Shown here piece by piece: positions 36,535 through 49,200 of a DNA stretch of 64,000 nucleotides. The stretch lies in assembly GCA_004022145.1 (NCBI GenBank), contig RCNU01000011.1; one strand, written 5' to 3'. The DNA comes from Paecilomyces variotii (lineage: Eukaryota). Made by a program: the position numbers and the translations under genes. Within the stretch, counting starts at the first letter, position 1. The number at the start of each line of letters is the position of its first letter. The notes beneath the pieces are model-generated. The model made no database searches and was not told the DNA's origin. It saw only the letters and a program-made list of their open reading frames with translations.

Positions 36535-36984
36535 CCCCATCCTCAGTTCTGGCTGGCGTGGAGCTTCGCCTCCGGGTTTCTTCTTTGAATAAAACTACCT
36601 ACAACGGGTCCCTCCTCACTCCTTTTTCAGAAACCCTTATCTCTATCTTACCCCAGGTCACGTACCCTGGTGACTGTCTTCCTCATACCCTGTCTGTGGA
36701 ATTCAGTCTTTCTCAATTCAGCTACTGTCCTTTCCCTCTGGCCATCACATGCCCCTGGGCCTCCGTCGATAGCAGCTTGTTGCAGCCCGCAGTAGGGCTC
36801 CAGCATCGTCAACTCCTGTGCCCTGGAAAAAAGGACCAGTTGAGACCTCTCTCCTTCAATCACCAAACGAACCTTGCGACGACCATTTTACGACCATAGA
36901 CTCGTGCTTTCTATCCCGTTTAATACTCTTCAACAATTTCACATAGAACAAAAGAACCACGTTGTGTGGATACCATCGATCACA

Positions 36985-38243
36985 ATGCGGCGCGGTGTTG
37001 TCATCTTCATCTTGGTCAACGTCCTGATCATCACGTTCCTAGTCCGGAGCGTCTTCACGCTCTTGAGCTTGTTGGTGGAGGATGCGGCCGCAGATGCCAT
37101 TCACCGTTCGGATATCCCGTCGCCCAACTCGAGTCTGATCGAGACCCGGCCCCAGATCATCCCCAAGATCATTCATCAGACATACAAGAACGAGAGCATT
37201 CCATTGCATTGGCAGGAAGCGCAGCAGAGCTGCATTGACCTGCATCCTGACTATGAATACATTGTACGTGGCTCTGCAGATGATGTGACGGACGCAATGC
37301 TTGTGGGAAGACACATGCTAACAAATGCCCTATAGCTTTGGACGAACGAAAAGGCTCGCGATTTCATCGCTGCTGAGTATCCCTGGTTCTTGGACACCTT
37401 CGATGGCTACGAGTACCCCATTCAGCGCGCAGACTCGATCAGATATTTCGTTCTGGCGCACTATGGTGGAACCTACATCGATCTGGATGATGTGAGTATT
37501 TGGACATGATCATACGCGAAGGCGCGCGCAAGAGAATCTAACAGATTATACTTAGGGCTGCAACCGCCGTCTGGATCCCCTCCTGGCCTACCCGGCCTGG
37601 GTTCGTCGCACCGCTCCTACAGGTATCTCGAACGACGCTATGGGTTCCGTTCCTCAGCACCCTTTCTTCCTGCGCGTGATTGAGACCCTGCAGGCCTACG
37701 ACCGGAGCTGGCTGCTTCCGTACATCACCGTCATGTACTCGACTGGTCCGTTGTTCCTGTCGGTCATCTGGAAGCAGTACATGGGCGACAAGCCCAGCGA
37801 GTCGGGTCGGGTCCGTATCCTGATGCAGGACGAGTACAACCGTCACTCCTGGAGCTTCTTCACCCACCACAAGGGTAACAGCTGGCACGGAAAGGACGCG
37901 AGATTGATCTTCTGGGTGAGTTTGCGGTTCTCTTCGAATGAATTGCCTTGTACGGACTTACTAACGCTTTTTCCAGATGGGTGGACACTGGATGCTCCTG
38001 ACCGTCCTCGGATTCGTCCTCGCTGGTGTTGTCGGCTTCGCCGTCTGGTGGGCATATGGCCGTCTGCTGCTGCTCGGTGCCCAGTACCGTTACCGCTACC
38101 GCAAGATCCCAGGCGCCGCCACGGTCTCGCGGTCCAAGTCTCCGCTGCGCATGCCCAACTTCCTGCGCCGAGTCAGCGCCAACAAGGATGAGGAGTGCGG
38201 CGTCATCGAAACCACGTACGAACTTTACAGCAGACGCGATTAA
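36985..38243 (+). CDS. SUR1: Mannosyl phosphorylinositol ceramide synthase (Sur1/Csh1, GT32), 4 exons
   Basis: N-terminal TM segment, IPKIIHQTY, IQRADSIRYF, DxD motif YGGTYIDLD, GISND, HPFF, YSTGPLFLS and GNSWH. Confidence 0.92.
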
Positions 38244-40138
38244 GCGCGCGCGCTCTGAGTTTTTGTTTTACATCATGTTTTGCGTCTCTTGGGAACGGCG
38301 ATTGCCTTGATATTCAGTCATCGAGCGGATCAAGTGTGATTTATCATCTACGTCGGTAACTATTGGATGTGTTTGGCGCTGCGTGTTGTTTGAGGTTCCT
38401 GTTGAGATTCCGGGAGGACGTCTTCTTATCTCTTCCGATGCGCTCAAGGAAGCGGGACTGTTTGTGTATACTGTTTTGGTGACATGACCCCTCTTAACTA
38501 CGTTTTTAGTTTGCATGCGAGGTGATCCGCAGGGCAGCGCACCCGCAGCATATCAGGCTTCTTGTCTTGATGGTCTTTTCTATATTTTGTGACAGATACT
38601 TTTTTCGATTCTTGTGTGTGGTTTGCTGGTTATTTCTTTTTAAAACAGCTATAGACTTACCTTCGCTCATCAAGGCCGATAACAAGCTGCCTAGCCCTAG
38701 CGGGCAACAAATAAATAAGTGGATTTCATTACATCTGAAGCAATACAGTAAAAGACGTGAGGAGAACAGGATTCTCTTGAATTATGCTATAGCAAGGTTT
38801 TTTTTTATTCCCTTGCCGCATTTTGTCAAAAAAGTAATCATCAAAATTGCAGATCGAAATCTCTCCAGAAAGTGCCACATGTCTACTTGTCGAGAAGCAA
38901 GTACCTACCTAACTAACTAATAAGCCCTAGACCCGAAAAGAAAACGAACAGCGAAAAGTCCAAACTCATTGTTTAGGTTCGATCCGCTCTCCGTTCCTGA
39001 GAAACAACTCTGGATACAATACGGGGTAGACCAATAACCCCCTGCAGTAGACTAGTTTGTCCGAACATTTCAGCTTGCATCCGAGGTCAAACAAGCTCAG
39101 AAGATAGTTAGTTAATGCTAGTAGTAACTTACTGACAAGAAACGCAGTGACGATCTCTCCTACTGGCCCGGGAGGGGGGGATGGCAAATCCTTCAGATGT
39201 TTCAGACGGACGTTTCAGACTGCGAGAAACGATAGACCAATGACGATGTGACTGTGCCTTGCGTGAAAGATGGTCTAAAACATAACGGATAGGTTTGGTT
39301 TTGAGGGGTAGACAGGGCAGGATACTGATTGGATTTGTCTTTTCACTCTGCTAGAGGTTTGGTGTATGCCATATGCAGGACTCGCCTCCTTCGAAGAGAG
39401 TAGGAACTCTCCATTATTATCTAGCTTTACCGCTACTATGCAGAATCACTGATAGGATACGATACGATAGGATGCTATATGCTAACTAGATAAGTTAAAG
39501 TACTGCATTTCACAACCATTTATCCATTCATTCATTCATTCATTCATTCATATTGGATATTCCCACCCACCACCCCCTTGATACTTACATGTGAATCAAT
39601 GCAAGACCAACAAACCACCACCTAGACTACATAGCATAGTTTGATCCGGCGGGGTGAACCGTCATATGTGACTAGTATCGTGTCTTGGTCGGATGGAGCC
39701 CGTGAAGAATTCAGGTCAGTCAGTCAGTTTATGTAGTTTAAAAGGTGGTCCGGTCCATTCCCTGCGCCTCTGGGAGTCATTCCTCGTCCAACTGCGTCAT
39801 TGTTTCTGGGGATATCTTTAGGGGATTTAAAGTCGTTCTTTTTCTTTTTTTCCTTCTTGGCTCTCGAGGTAGCTGAGAGTTTTAAGCTCCTTTTGAAGTT
39901 TCATCGGTGTTGAATCATATTACACTCGTTGCTTGGCTGTGCCATACATAGAGACAGATTCTGGATATACAGTACCCACGCGGTTCGATTAGATATCACC
40001 AGCGTGTTATTCTCTCTTTGTTTGGAATATAACAAAGAAACGAGGAAAGAAAAAGGACATCGTCATCTTCATCTTCAGCATCTTCTTCTTCAACCCTCAA
40101 CGCAAAACCAAAGTACTTCTCAATACATACCACCAACC

Positions 40139-40893
40139 ATGCGCTCAACCACCCTCACCATCCTATCGCTCACATTCCTCCTCACCTCCGCCAACCCCAT
40201 CCCCATTCCTGCAGCAGCAGCTCTAATCGAACGCTCCACCAGCGCCATAACCACCTCCCAAATCGAAGCTATCGCCCCGAAATCCGCATCATGCGATAAC
40301 GCCCCCGCGGCAGGGGAGTGCGCTACGGCCGCGCAGGCAGCGACACATATCGCCAACTCGTTCAAGACATACAAGGTGACGTCGGCGGCGGAACAAGCGG
40401 CGGTGATCAGTCTGATGGCGTTTGAAAGTGATGATTTTAAGTATAATAAGAATCATTTCCCGGGGGTGGCGGGGCAGGGGAGTGAGTATACCACTTTTTT
40501 TTTACTGTTTACTTTCCCATTTCATATATATATATATATATATCCAAACCAAAATGACTAACAATAATATAATAAACAGCCCGCAACATGCAATCCCCCA
40601 CCTACAACAGCAAATACGCCTCATCACTCCCAGATCTCAAAACCAAACTTTCCTCCGTGACCAACAACCCAGCCGGACTCCTCGACCTGCTCCTCGCTAA
40701 TGAAGACTACGACTTCGGCTCCGGCGCCTGGTTCCTCACGACGCAGTGTGAGGATTCCGTGCGCAAACAGCTCCAGACTGGTTCCGAGAGTGGTTGGGAG
40801 GCGTATATCTCGCAGTGTGTGGGCACTACTGTCACGGATGATAGGAAGGCGTATTGGCAGAGGGCTGTGGAGGCTTTGGGTGTTAGTTTGTGA
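40139..40893 (+). CDS. Secreted ~218-aa protein, possibly lysozyme/GH19-like fold, 2 exons
   Basis: Signal peptide MRSTTLTILSLTFLLTSA, intron 40482-40579 (GQG/TRNMQ in frame), four Cys. Confidence 0.85.
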
Positions 40894-41524
40894 TTGAGTC
40901 TCACTGTCTGTCTGTCCTTGCTTTTGTCTTTCCTTTGAAGGGATGGGATATGTGGATGGATGATCGTGGGGTCGATTCGTGAATGAAAACGGGAACAAAT
41001 TCATATTGTTTTTTCTCTTCTTCCCATGGGCTGGACCTGGGGATGTTGCATTTGGCTTGCTTGCTTGTTTGCATTTGATGGGTTGTTTGAGTGAGTGGAT
41101 AGGAAGGGAAGGGACATGGTGTGGATATGAAATCTTCAATTGTACATATTAGGGAAACTTGAGAAATTCGATGAATAGAGTTCTATTCTAAGTTGAGATT
41201 GACGCTGCTCAGTTTTATCTTTCAGAATACCGTCGACGTAGTGATATCAAGAGTGATGGATTTATTTCTAGTCAAGCATGACAAAAGAAAGACAGTACGC
41301 AGTACTTGCTGGGTAGTCTATATTTTGCTGTTATGTATGTACATACAATACGTGGACCTGGTAAATAGATGTCGCAGACATTGGAACTGTAATGAAACCT
41401 CTGCTTCTTTTCTGGTCGACGACCTCGGTGAAAACCAAATTGCTGGGAATTTTCTATATATATAAGCATGACGAACTGAGCATAAATCGGAAATCGCGTA
41501 ATCGTTCTGACTAAATTAACCAGC

Positions 41525-42336
41525 TCACAATACTCCCTTCGTGCTCACCACGTCGCCCGCACCGACTTCTCCAGCGGCTCTCCGGGTACATGCGGTCCTG
41601 ATAGCAACCGCCAGCGCCTTGAAGGCGCTCTCAGCCCGGTGGTGGTCATTCTCTCCGTACAAGCAGCCCACGTGAAGAGTAACACCGGCTGCCTGAGCAA
41701 AGCTCTCGAGACCGTGCGTGATCATCTCCGTGCTCAGAGCGCCAATCTTCTCGCGGCGGAAGCCCAGGTTGATCACGGCGTAGGGTCGATTCGACAGGTC
41801 GATGACGGCCCACGAGAGGGCCTCGTCCAGGGGAGCATCACCGCGGCCGAAACGAGCAAGGGAAGTACGCGCACCAAGAGCCTTGGTGAAAGCGGTACCA
41901 AGAGCGAGGAAGGTGTCTTCGGTGGTGTGGTGGTCATCAACTTTGCAACGAGGAAATAAGTTAGTTACCTGCCATACTATTTCGCAACGCTGGATGACCT
42001 CGAGAGAAAGAACATACTGTACAGATCACCCTTGGCCCGGATGGCCAAACTCCATCCCGAATGTTTGGCCAGCGCATGCAGCATGTGGTCTAGGAAGCCA
42101 ATGCCCGTGCTGACCGTGATCTGCTGGCTGGAAGTGAACTGCGTAGCATGGCCGGCATCTTTAGGCGGGACAATTCCGCGCTTTGCAGCCGCGGCTTCTT
42201 CAGGATCAGATGGAGCTGGGAAATGGGACGTCTCCTCGTAGGGCAGAAGAACACCTCCATCGAGAGAGAGCGAGACCTGGATCTTGGTCTCGTTGGTCCA
42301 GCGGGAGATGGAGACGGTGCGGCGGGGCTGCGCCAT
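41525..42336 (-). CDS. HIS3: Imidazoleglycerol-phosphate dehydratase
   Basis: [22 protein letters not shown]/..[21 protein letters not shown] and [24 protein letters not shown]. One intron at about 41941-42017. Confidence 0.97.
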
Positions 42337-42904
42337 GGTGTCTGAGTATCTTTCCTTTTTTTGTTTTCTTGCTCCGTCTGACAGGCTGTCGCGTCACGAT
42401 TTGGACAGAAAATCGCACAGGAGAGCTTCTCAGCCTGTCAATGGATCTTGTCGCGATAGCGGTTGGAGTCGAATCCGATCAAAAATCGCGGGGAGAAGGC
42501 GGCGTGGCAACTGGACCAATCATACCGCTGGTAATCCGTTTCTGCCGCTACGACGGACGGAGTTTGCGGTTGATCCGGACGAGGGAAACTTGACGACAGT
42601 CTTCCATCCATCGAGATAGCGATAATACCATTTTCCTTGCTCGCCTGTCTTATCGAATGTTCATCGTGATCATCGCCGTTCTGTCATCCTTTCGCCTGCA
42701 TTCACCGGATCCGCTAGGCAGACGATCACCCGGAGCTGGTGGTCGCATGCGGTGCCAACTTTCCTCGCAGCATTGATTGGAGATATCCCTCGGAGATAGA
42801 AAGCTCAACCTGAAATTGAGATTCCGATCTACCGATTGACGCCTTATTGTTCAATTGCGGAAGTTGGATCAGGGACAGCACAAATACTAGACGTCACTCC
42901 AACT

Positions 42905-43568
42905 ATGCCACCTCCCTCGAACCAGCGCGCGGACATTGAACCGCCAGAAGAGGTGACGACACAAGCTGTGACAGGATTCGCGACAGGTGCTCTGCGTGTA
43001 TGCTCTATCCGTTGCTCCGCATGCTGATTGTATACCGTATTTGTCTCTGGTGCCGTTTATCCATTGTTGCGGTTAACGCCGGAATAAGCCTCCGGGTAGT
43101 TATCCACGAGGCTGGTTGAGCCATCAATGGACTTCTCTCTGGCAGTCTCATGATGGTCCTGTCGCTGACAATATTCGTTCTGTCTAGTTCGGGTCCCTCT
43201 CTATCATCGCGCACATGATCCTCTCCCTTCCGCATCCCTTCAACTTCGCCGGACCAACTCCTCCTCCTACTCCGCATTCCAAGGGCCCTCAGCCCGGCCC
43301 CAGACCGACATCCCCCTTCTCCTCATCATTTCTCAAATCAAGACTCTTCTACAGACCCCTGGAGGGTTTCTCGGAATGGCTGTCCCCGACGTCCCAGGTG
43401 TACCGTGGACTGACGCCCCAGTTCAAGGTATTCCTACAGATTGCCGTGATGACCCTGGGAGGATGCATCTGGGCTGAGAAGAGAGTGTCGGAGTACTTGG
43501 AGGTGATGAGGAAAATCAAAAGAGCAGAACGGGCAGAGGCGCAGCGCGCGCAAACGAGTAGAGGTTGA
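42905..43568 (+). CDS. Conserved small membrane protein, possibly similar to the Rcf2 N-terminus or Rcf3; divergent from HIS3
   Basis: Intron 42998-43187 joins GFATGALR to FGSLSIIAH. YRGLTPQFKVFLQIAVMTLGGCIWAE resembles, from memory, Rcf2/Rcf3 N-terminal segments. The function call is weak. Confidence 0.7.
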
Positions 43569-46266
43569 TGCAGACATACTCAAGAGCTGGGGAGCAATCG
43601 AGCGGATCCTTGGATAATGAGTGAACATGCTGTTTGTTTGTATGTACTTGTACGTCTTTTCTTGTAGGAACTCCAGAAATCAGAAGCATGTCTTCATGGC
43701 ACTCCCCAGATTGAACTCGAGCTGGGTAGTCCCTGGTGAGCAGCAGTGACTGCCGTCTGGGTCCTGACAGACCAAAGTGCAGAAGATCATCCGTCCCAAG
43801 GACCGTGAAGTGGACTTTCTCGTCGATTACCTCGCATCTGCCTTGCATCTATAATTGGAATCTTGGATTGATCGAGAGTTCGACGACAGAGCGCGGCAGC
43901 CGTCATCTTCGACTCCATCGGGGGCGGCTCTCCACAAAACGCGACGAGAAGCTTGTCGGCCAGATTCTAGAAGGCATGAAGAAACGAGCACTGTTGGTTT
44001 CAGGGCAAGACATGTGGGTAATTTAGCCAGTGGAGCTGCTTCAAGACTCCTTTCACCAGCGACGGGAGCGGCCTTAGCGAGATCAAAAAGAGTCCAAGTG
44101 GCTTGACACAAATCTCGATACTTGGGCCAAGTTTAGCCACTGCTCAAAAGGCCATTCAACGTCGTGGAAGAACCTCACAGAGGCGTCAGCAGCGGCTGGC
44201 GGCTGATGAATGTTCAATAATGCTGTACTGTAAGCAGCAGGATCATGCCATTGAGCTAGTTGCAACCAGTCTGGAATCATACGATGGCAAGGCCAGACTA
44301 TCAAGGCAGCTCCGGGTCTCAAGATCGTCCAGGCGAGTTGGCGTCCTTTTGGTCGACGCTCTAGTGATTCGGAGGATCAACCGGAGAGCCGGCATCCACG
44401 GTCCATGACCCGTGCCGCAGTTTAGCCACAGGAGCTATTTGCGACCGGCTCGTGGGCTGGTAAGGGGATACATGTAGAAGAAAAAAGAAACAGAATCCAA
44501 TTCAGATCAGATCAGATCAGAATGATACCGAAACAAGAGAAGGAAAAGGCTCACTGGCTCCCGCATCAAGAGGATGGCACTCTGAATCCAGACTGCATCG
44601 GCTCTGATTACCCTGTTGCTGTAATCGACGATAGCTGCCAATCCTGGAAGCTGGACGAACGAATCCGGTCCGATCGGGTTCCACCAGTTTAGCTGATAAT
44701 ACTAGAGGCAGCGTAGTGCTAGTTCACAATTATTTATTTGCCCAGAAGGCTGTGCGATCCCCGAGTCTGGTTGGGGAGAAAGTTGTCAGCTCTGTGGGTG
44801 ACGACAGCCGGAAACGCACACTGAATTATGGTATTCTTCTTCTGTCGATCAATAATAATGCACATCAAATCAGGAGGCGTAAAGAAGTGCAGCCCTACCT
44901 CCAGATGGCGCATTAGTCTATTTGTTGACTCCATGATGCAAGTCCAGGAGATACAGACCAACGTAAAGGGCCCCTGGGCCTGGGGCCTGTGGAGGGCGAG
45001 AAGCGATAGCTAGTTAGTTATCGATAGAGGATAATTATGGTAATTCCAGCAACAGCTAGACACCAATTGTTGGCGCACGGCCTGGACGCGAAACCGTGAA
45101 GCGCAATAATAATAATTGATTATTCTTAGTTAGTGTAAGTGCAGAGAGAAGCAGACAGAAGAGAAGTCAATTCTCTTCCGGCTTCCATCCATCCCCAAAG
45201 CGAACAGCACAAGGACGGGAACGCACTGCATTCGGCCTTTTTTCCACTTCTCTCGTTTCTCCGCTGCTCACATTCATTCATTCATTATTATCTACCATAA
45301 TTATTCTCCATTCTCTTCTCTTCCCTTCCTGTCCGTAGCCTTGCTGGATCGAAGCTCAGGCCTGGAAACTCCCCGTTTGCGTCCTCCATCACTGACATCA
45401 TCCCCCACACGGCCGGGCTGTGCCTTCAACCAAACTTCCTCCCGTTCTTCTTTCTGAGCCGCGATCCAACCACGGTTGTTCCCCTGGACGAAGCCAAAAA
45501 AAAAAAGAGAAATTCTGAACTGGAGTACTGCTACTACTACTATAACCTTGTCCGTCCTGGGGTTCCTGGGGTTCCTGGAAGTTCCTGAACTTTTGAAGTA
45601 ATCCGGAAGAAGGAAACTCGGCTGGCTCTTCTGTCTCGCTCCTTTTTCTCAGACCCAGTCAGTCCGCTTTCGTTTTTGTTAACTCTTTTTATTTGTCCTG
45701 TCCATTGCTCGCAATATATCTCCCCGCGGGTGGTTTTCTTCTCGTGCTATCTACGTCTACTGCGTGTTGCGTCAAACCACCATCAACTAGGCCGCACATC
45801 GTCTGCAGATAAGGACCCAGCTGGACAGGGACATTGTAAACCAAGCCACACCCACCAAGAACAAGACGAGACAGGAATCTCGTCCATTGGGTCCAGCTCG
45901 CTGCTGCTGCGACTACTACTGCTGCTGCTGCTGCTCCGGCTGCTTCTCATGGCGCCATAACAGAACTGTATGTGCTATGCCTAACACTATCGTGTCCACC
46001 TGCCTTCTCGTCCTCTCATCCTCCCACGGTTCTTATCTCGAGCCTTGCCCCATACCCCCCCTCTCCCCGGTGCATGAAACCGTCTGTCTGCTCATCCAAT
46101 TGAGCTGCTGTCTGTCGTCGGTCCACGAAATGGTGCTGAGATAACCCCCGTCCAGGAAGACGACATCCAGGTCGTTCACGATCATCGTTTCCCCTCAGTC
46201 TCCGTCCTTTGTCTCCTCCACTCGTTCACCAGCTGTTCGCCCCGGACATCGTGGGCCAGTTTCGTC

Positions 46267-49200
46267 ATGGCGGAGGGGTACAACAAGAAGGAACGGAGAA
46301 AGAGTTTCAGTGTGCTCAGTTCTTCGTTATCGAACACCGTCAACTCCCACGATCGGTCGTCGTCCGATGGTCTGTCGATGCTGCAGAAGAAACGCCGCAA
46401 TTCCAGCTTTTTCAGCCGCAACCCGAGCCCCGTCAGAGCACCCAGTCCGCTGGCATGTCGGCGCCCGGATACCGCCGACTCAGAGGGCGTCGCCAGTGCG
46501 ACTTCCATTCCCATCACGGCCCCGGAGGCCTTGAAGCTGCGGCGGAAATCCTTACAGAGGAACAAGCGCGCATCCGTCTTCGGCTCGTTGCGCTCCCTTC
46601 ACTCACAGGAAGATGACGACAAATCAGTGCTCGGACGCTCCAAGCCGTCATCCGAAGACAATGACGACTCGTCAAGGAGGACCCTGGGGACCATGGTGCT
46701 GCATCACGGAGAGGTCCAGACGACGGGGGGCATGTGGAGGAAGAAGAACCAATATCTGGTCCTGACGGATACGCATTTGGTACGACTCAAGAACCAAAAT
46801 AAGGCGGCCGAGATGTTCCCATCGATTCCGTCGTCCCATAGTCGCCCCACCGCCGTCAATCGCCAGTCGGTCGCCTCGATCCATTCCCTGCAGGAGGTGC
46901 AGATGTCCCAGATCGATTCCGCCGCGAGCGTTTCCCTGAACACCATCGTAGCAGTCTATCGCTTGGATGACAGTCGACCGTCAGTCTTCACCGCGGAAGT
47001 CGCCTATATCGATGAGCGAACCCATAAACCGGCAATCATGCAGATGCAAATGGCAGACCCCGAAGAGCTCAACCTGTGGCTGATGGGCGTCCGGTCCGCC
47101 GCGGAAACCGCCCGATCGGTTGATCCGTTTCCTTTTGACAAAAGATCAGTCGAGTATGTCGTGCGGATGCTGCAGCAGGAGCGGGACTACGATCCGGAGC
47201 AGTTTCATATGTTCCGCGCGATACAGCGGTCATCGAGCAAGTCGGTCGGGAGGGCATCATCCGACGACCTCTCCAAGTTGTCCTCTACGATGTGCTATGT
47301 AGCAATCGGGATGCACAAGATCCACCTGATCCCACTGCAAAAGATCACCAGCCGTGCCTCTATTGTGTCGCTGAATGATATGGAGCTGGGAACCTCGTTT
47401 GGACTGATGACTTTGGCTGGACTCTCGATGCAAGGCGGAGACGACAGCTTCTCTTTATCTTTCCGTGTCCCGCTTCGAAGCTCAAACACACTGTTCCTGG
47501 CCTCTGTGCACTTGGGTGACATTGCTCTATGGATACGGCAGATCGCCGAGTTCCTACGTCCGCTGTGGCTGAGACAGCCATTCGATTTCCTGGTTCCGCG
47601 CGAGCTGGACAACATTGATGCTTTCACGCCAGTGGAGGTCAACGAAGATTACGGTTGTTTTGATCGAACATTGATTGCATATTCCGCCAGTTATGATATT
47701 GATACATCCAACATCCGATACACGGTCGATCACGACTGTGAGGATGCCCCGTGTTTTCGACTGCTACCCCCGGCTTCTGCGAGAAACCCCAACTACTCCG
47801 CCTTGGAGCTCCTAGCGGTGATGCGAGCCCTGCGATACAACGAGTCCTTCCGGTCGATATCGTTCAGCGAGATCAAGCTTGACGTGCTGCAAAAAGTGCG
47901 CGACATCTATGGGTTCGACAGAGATGCGCAGCTGACGCGAGCCGGAACGCTCATCAAGATCCCAGGACAGGAAGGCTTGTCGCTGCTGTCGCAGGAGATT
48001 CGTGCCTTGGCACTGAAGAGCAAGTTTCTAAGACGGCTGGACTTTTCGTACTGCCTAAGTCGACCGTCCGCGCTGGACCCCGGAGTCCGCGATACCGGCT
48101 GCGGCATCCCGGAGGCGATCTTTCCCATCTGCAGACGCCAGCTGACCAACGTCGACTGGGTCGTACTGAATGGCATCAAACTCGGCGACTCGGATCTCGA
48201 TTATCTGGTGGATGCTGCATCCGAGAAAGCGAGTCACTTCCGGGCTCTGGAGGTTAGCAACTGTGGGCTGTCAGTTCACGATCTCGACCTCGTCCTCTCG
48301 ACCATCACCGCGCAGGAACAAACGCTGGAAGCTATCAGCATCGCCGGCGTACAGGGTCGCCTGAGCCCGGAGCTCTTTCAGCCACAGATTGGCTATTTCG
48401 CTCATATCCGGAAAATCGATCTGTCTCGCATATCCAGAACTTCTGGACCAGAACCGCTGATTGCCCCGGAAACCTTGCTGAACTGGAGGCTTGAAGAGCT
48501 CTCTCTGAGCCAGACAGCGGTTAACGAACAGACCGTCGATTCCATTGCCGCCTACTTAGCAAGCGATCAATCTCGACATCTGCGGGAGCTTCGGCTTGAT
48601 CAATGTGGCCTAACGGCGACGGACGTCGCAGTTTTCCTGCAGTCAATGTCAAATCCGGGTGGAAAACCACGCAACCTACATTTACACGTCAATGAGAACA
48701 GGATCGACAGCGGGTGCTCGTTCCTCTTCAACACGATAGCCAGGAATCAGACACCCACCCACCTCTCGATGAGGATGATCGACTTCAAAAAGGAAGAGCA
48801 TTTCGCAGAGCTGGTGGAGGCCTTGAGGAAGAACACCAGTCTCAAATATTTGGATATTTCCAAGGCATCCTTGCCTTATGATGCCGGTCCCGAGACTTGC
48901 AAGGCTCTGCAGCTGATGTTCGAGGACAATCAGACATTGGAGGAACTCGATATCAGCGGAGAATATGCGCATCTAGATGTAGCTAGGTTTGGTATCGGCC
49001 TCAACCTCGCATTGACGGGTCTGAAGAAGAACAAGTCTCTGAAGGTGCTGCGAGTGGAACACCAGAAACTCGGTCTACAGGGCGCAAACACCTTGGCATC
49101 TGTCTTGGAAGAGAACACCTCACTCCGCGAAATCTACTGCGAAAATAACGACATCCATCTACAGTCATTCACCGTACTTGTCAATGGCTTAGCGCGCAAC

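Noticed and set aside
31400..36900. Telomerase RNA or telomeric repeats in the long intergenic region
   Set aside because: No CTAACCCTAA-type template or TTAGGG array was seen.
42340..42900. CpcA/Gcn4 site in the HIS3 promoter
   Set aside because: No exact TGACTC/GAGTCA was found, only variants such as GCGTCA near 42392.
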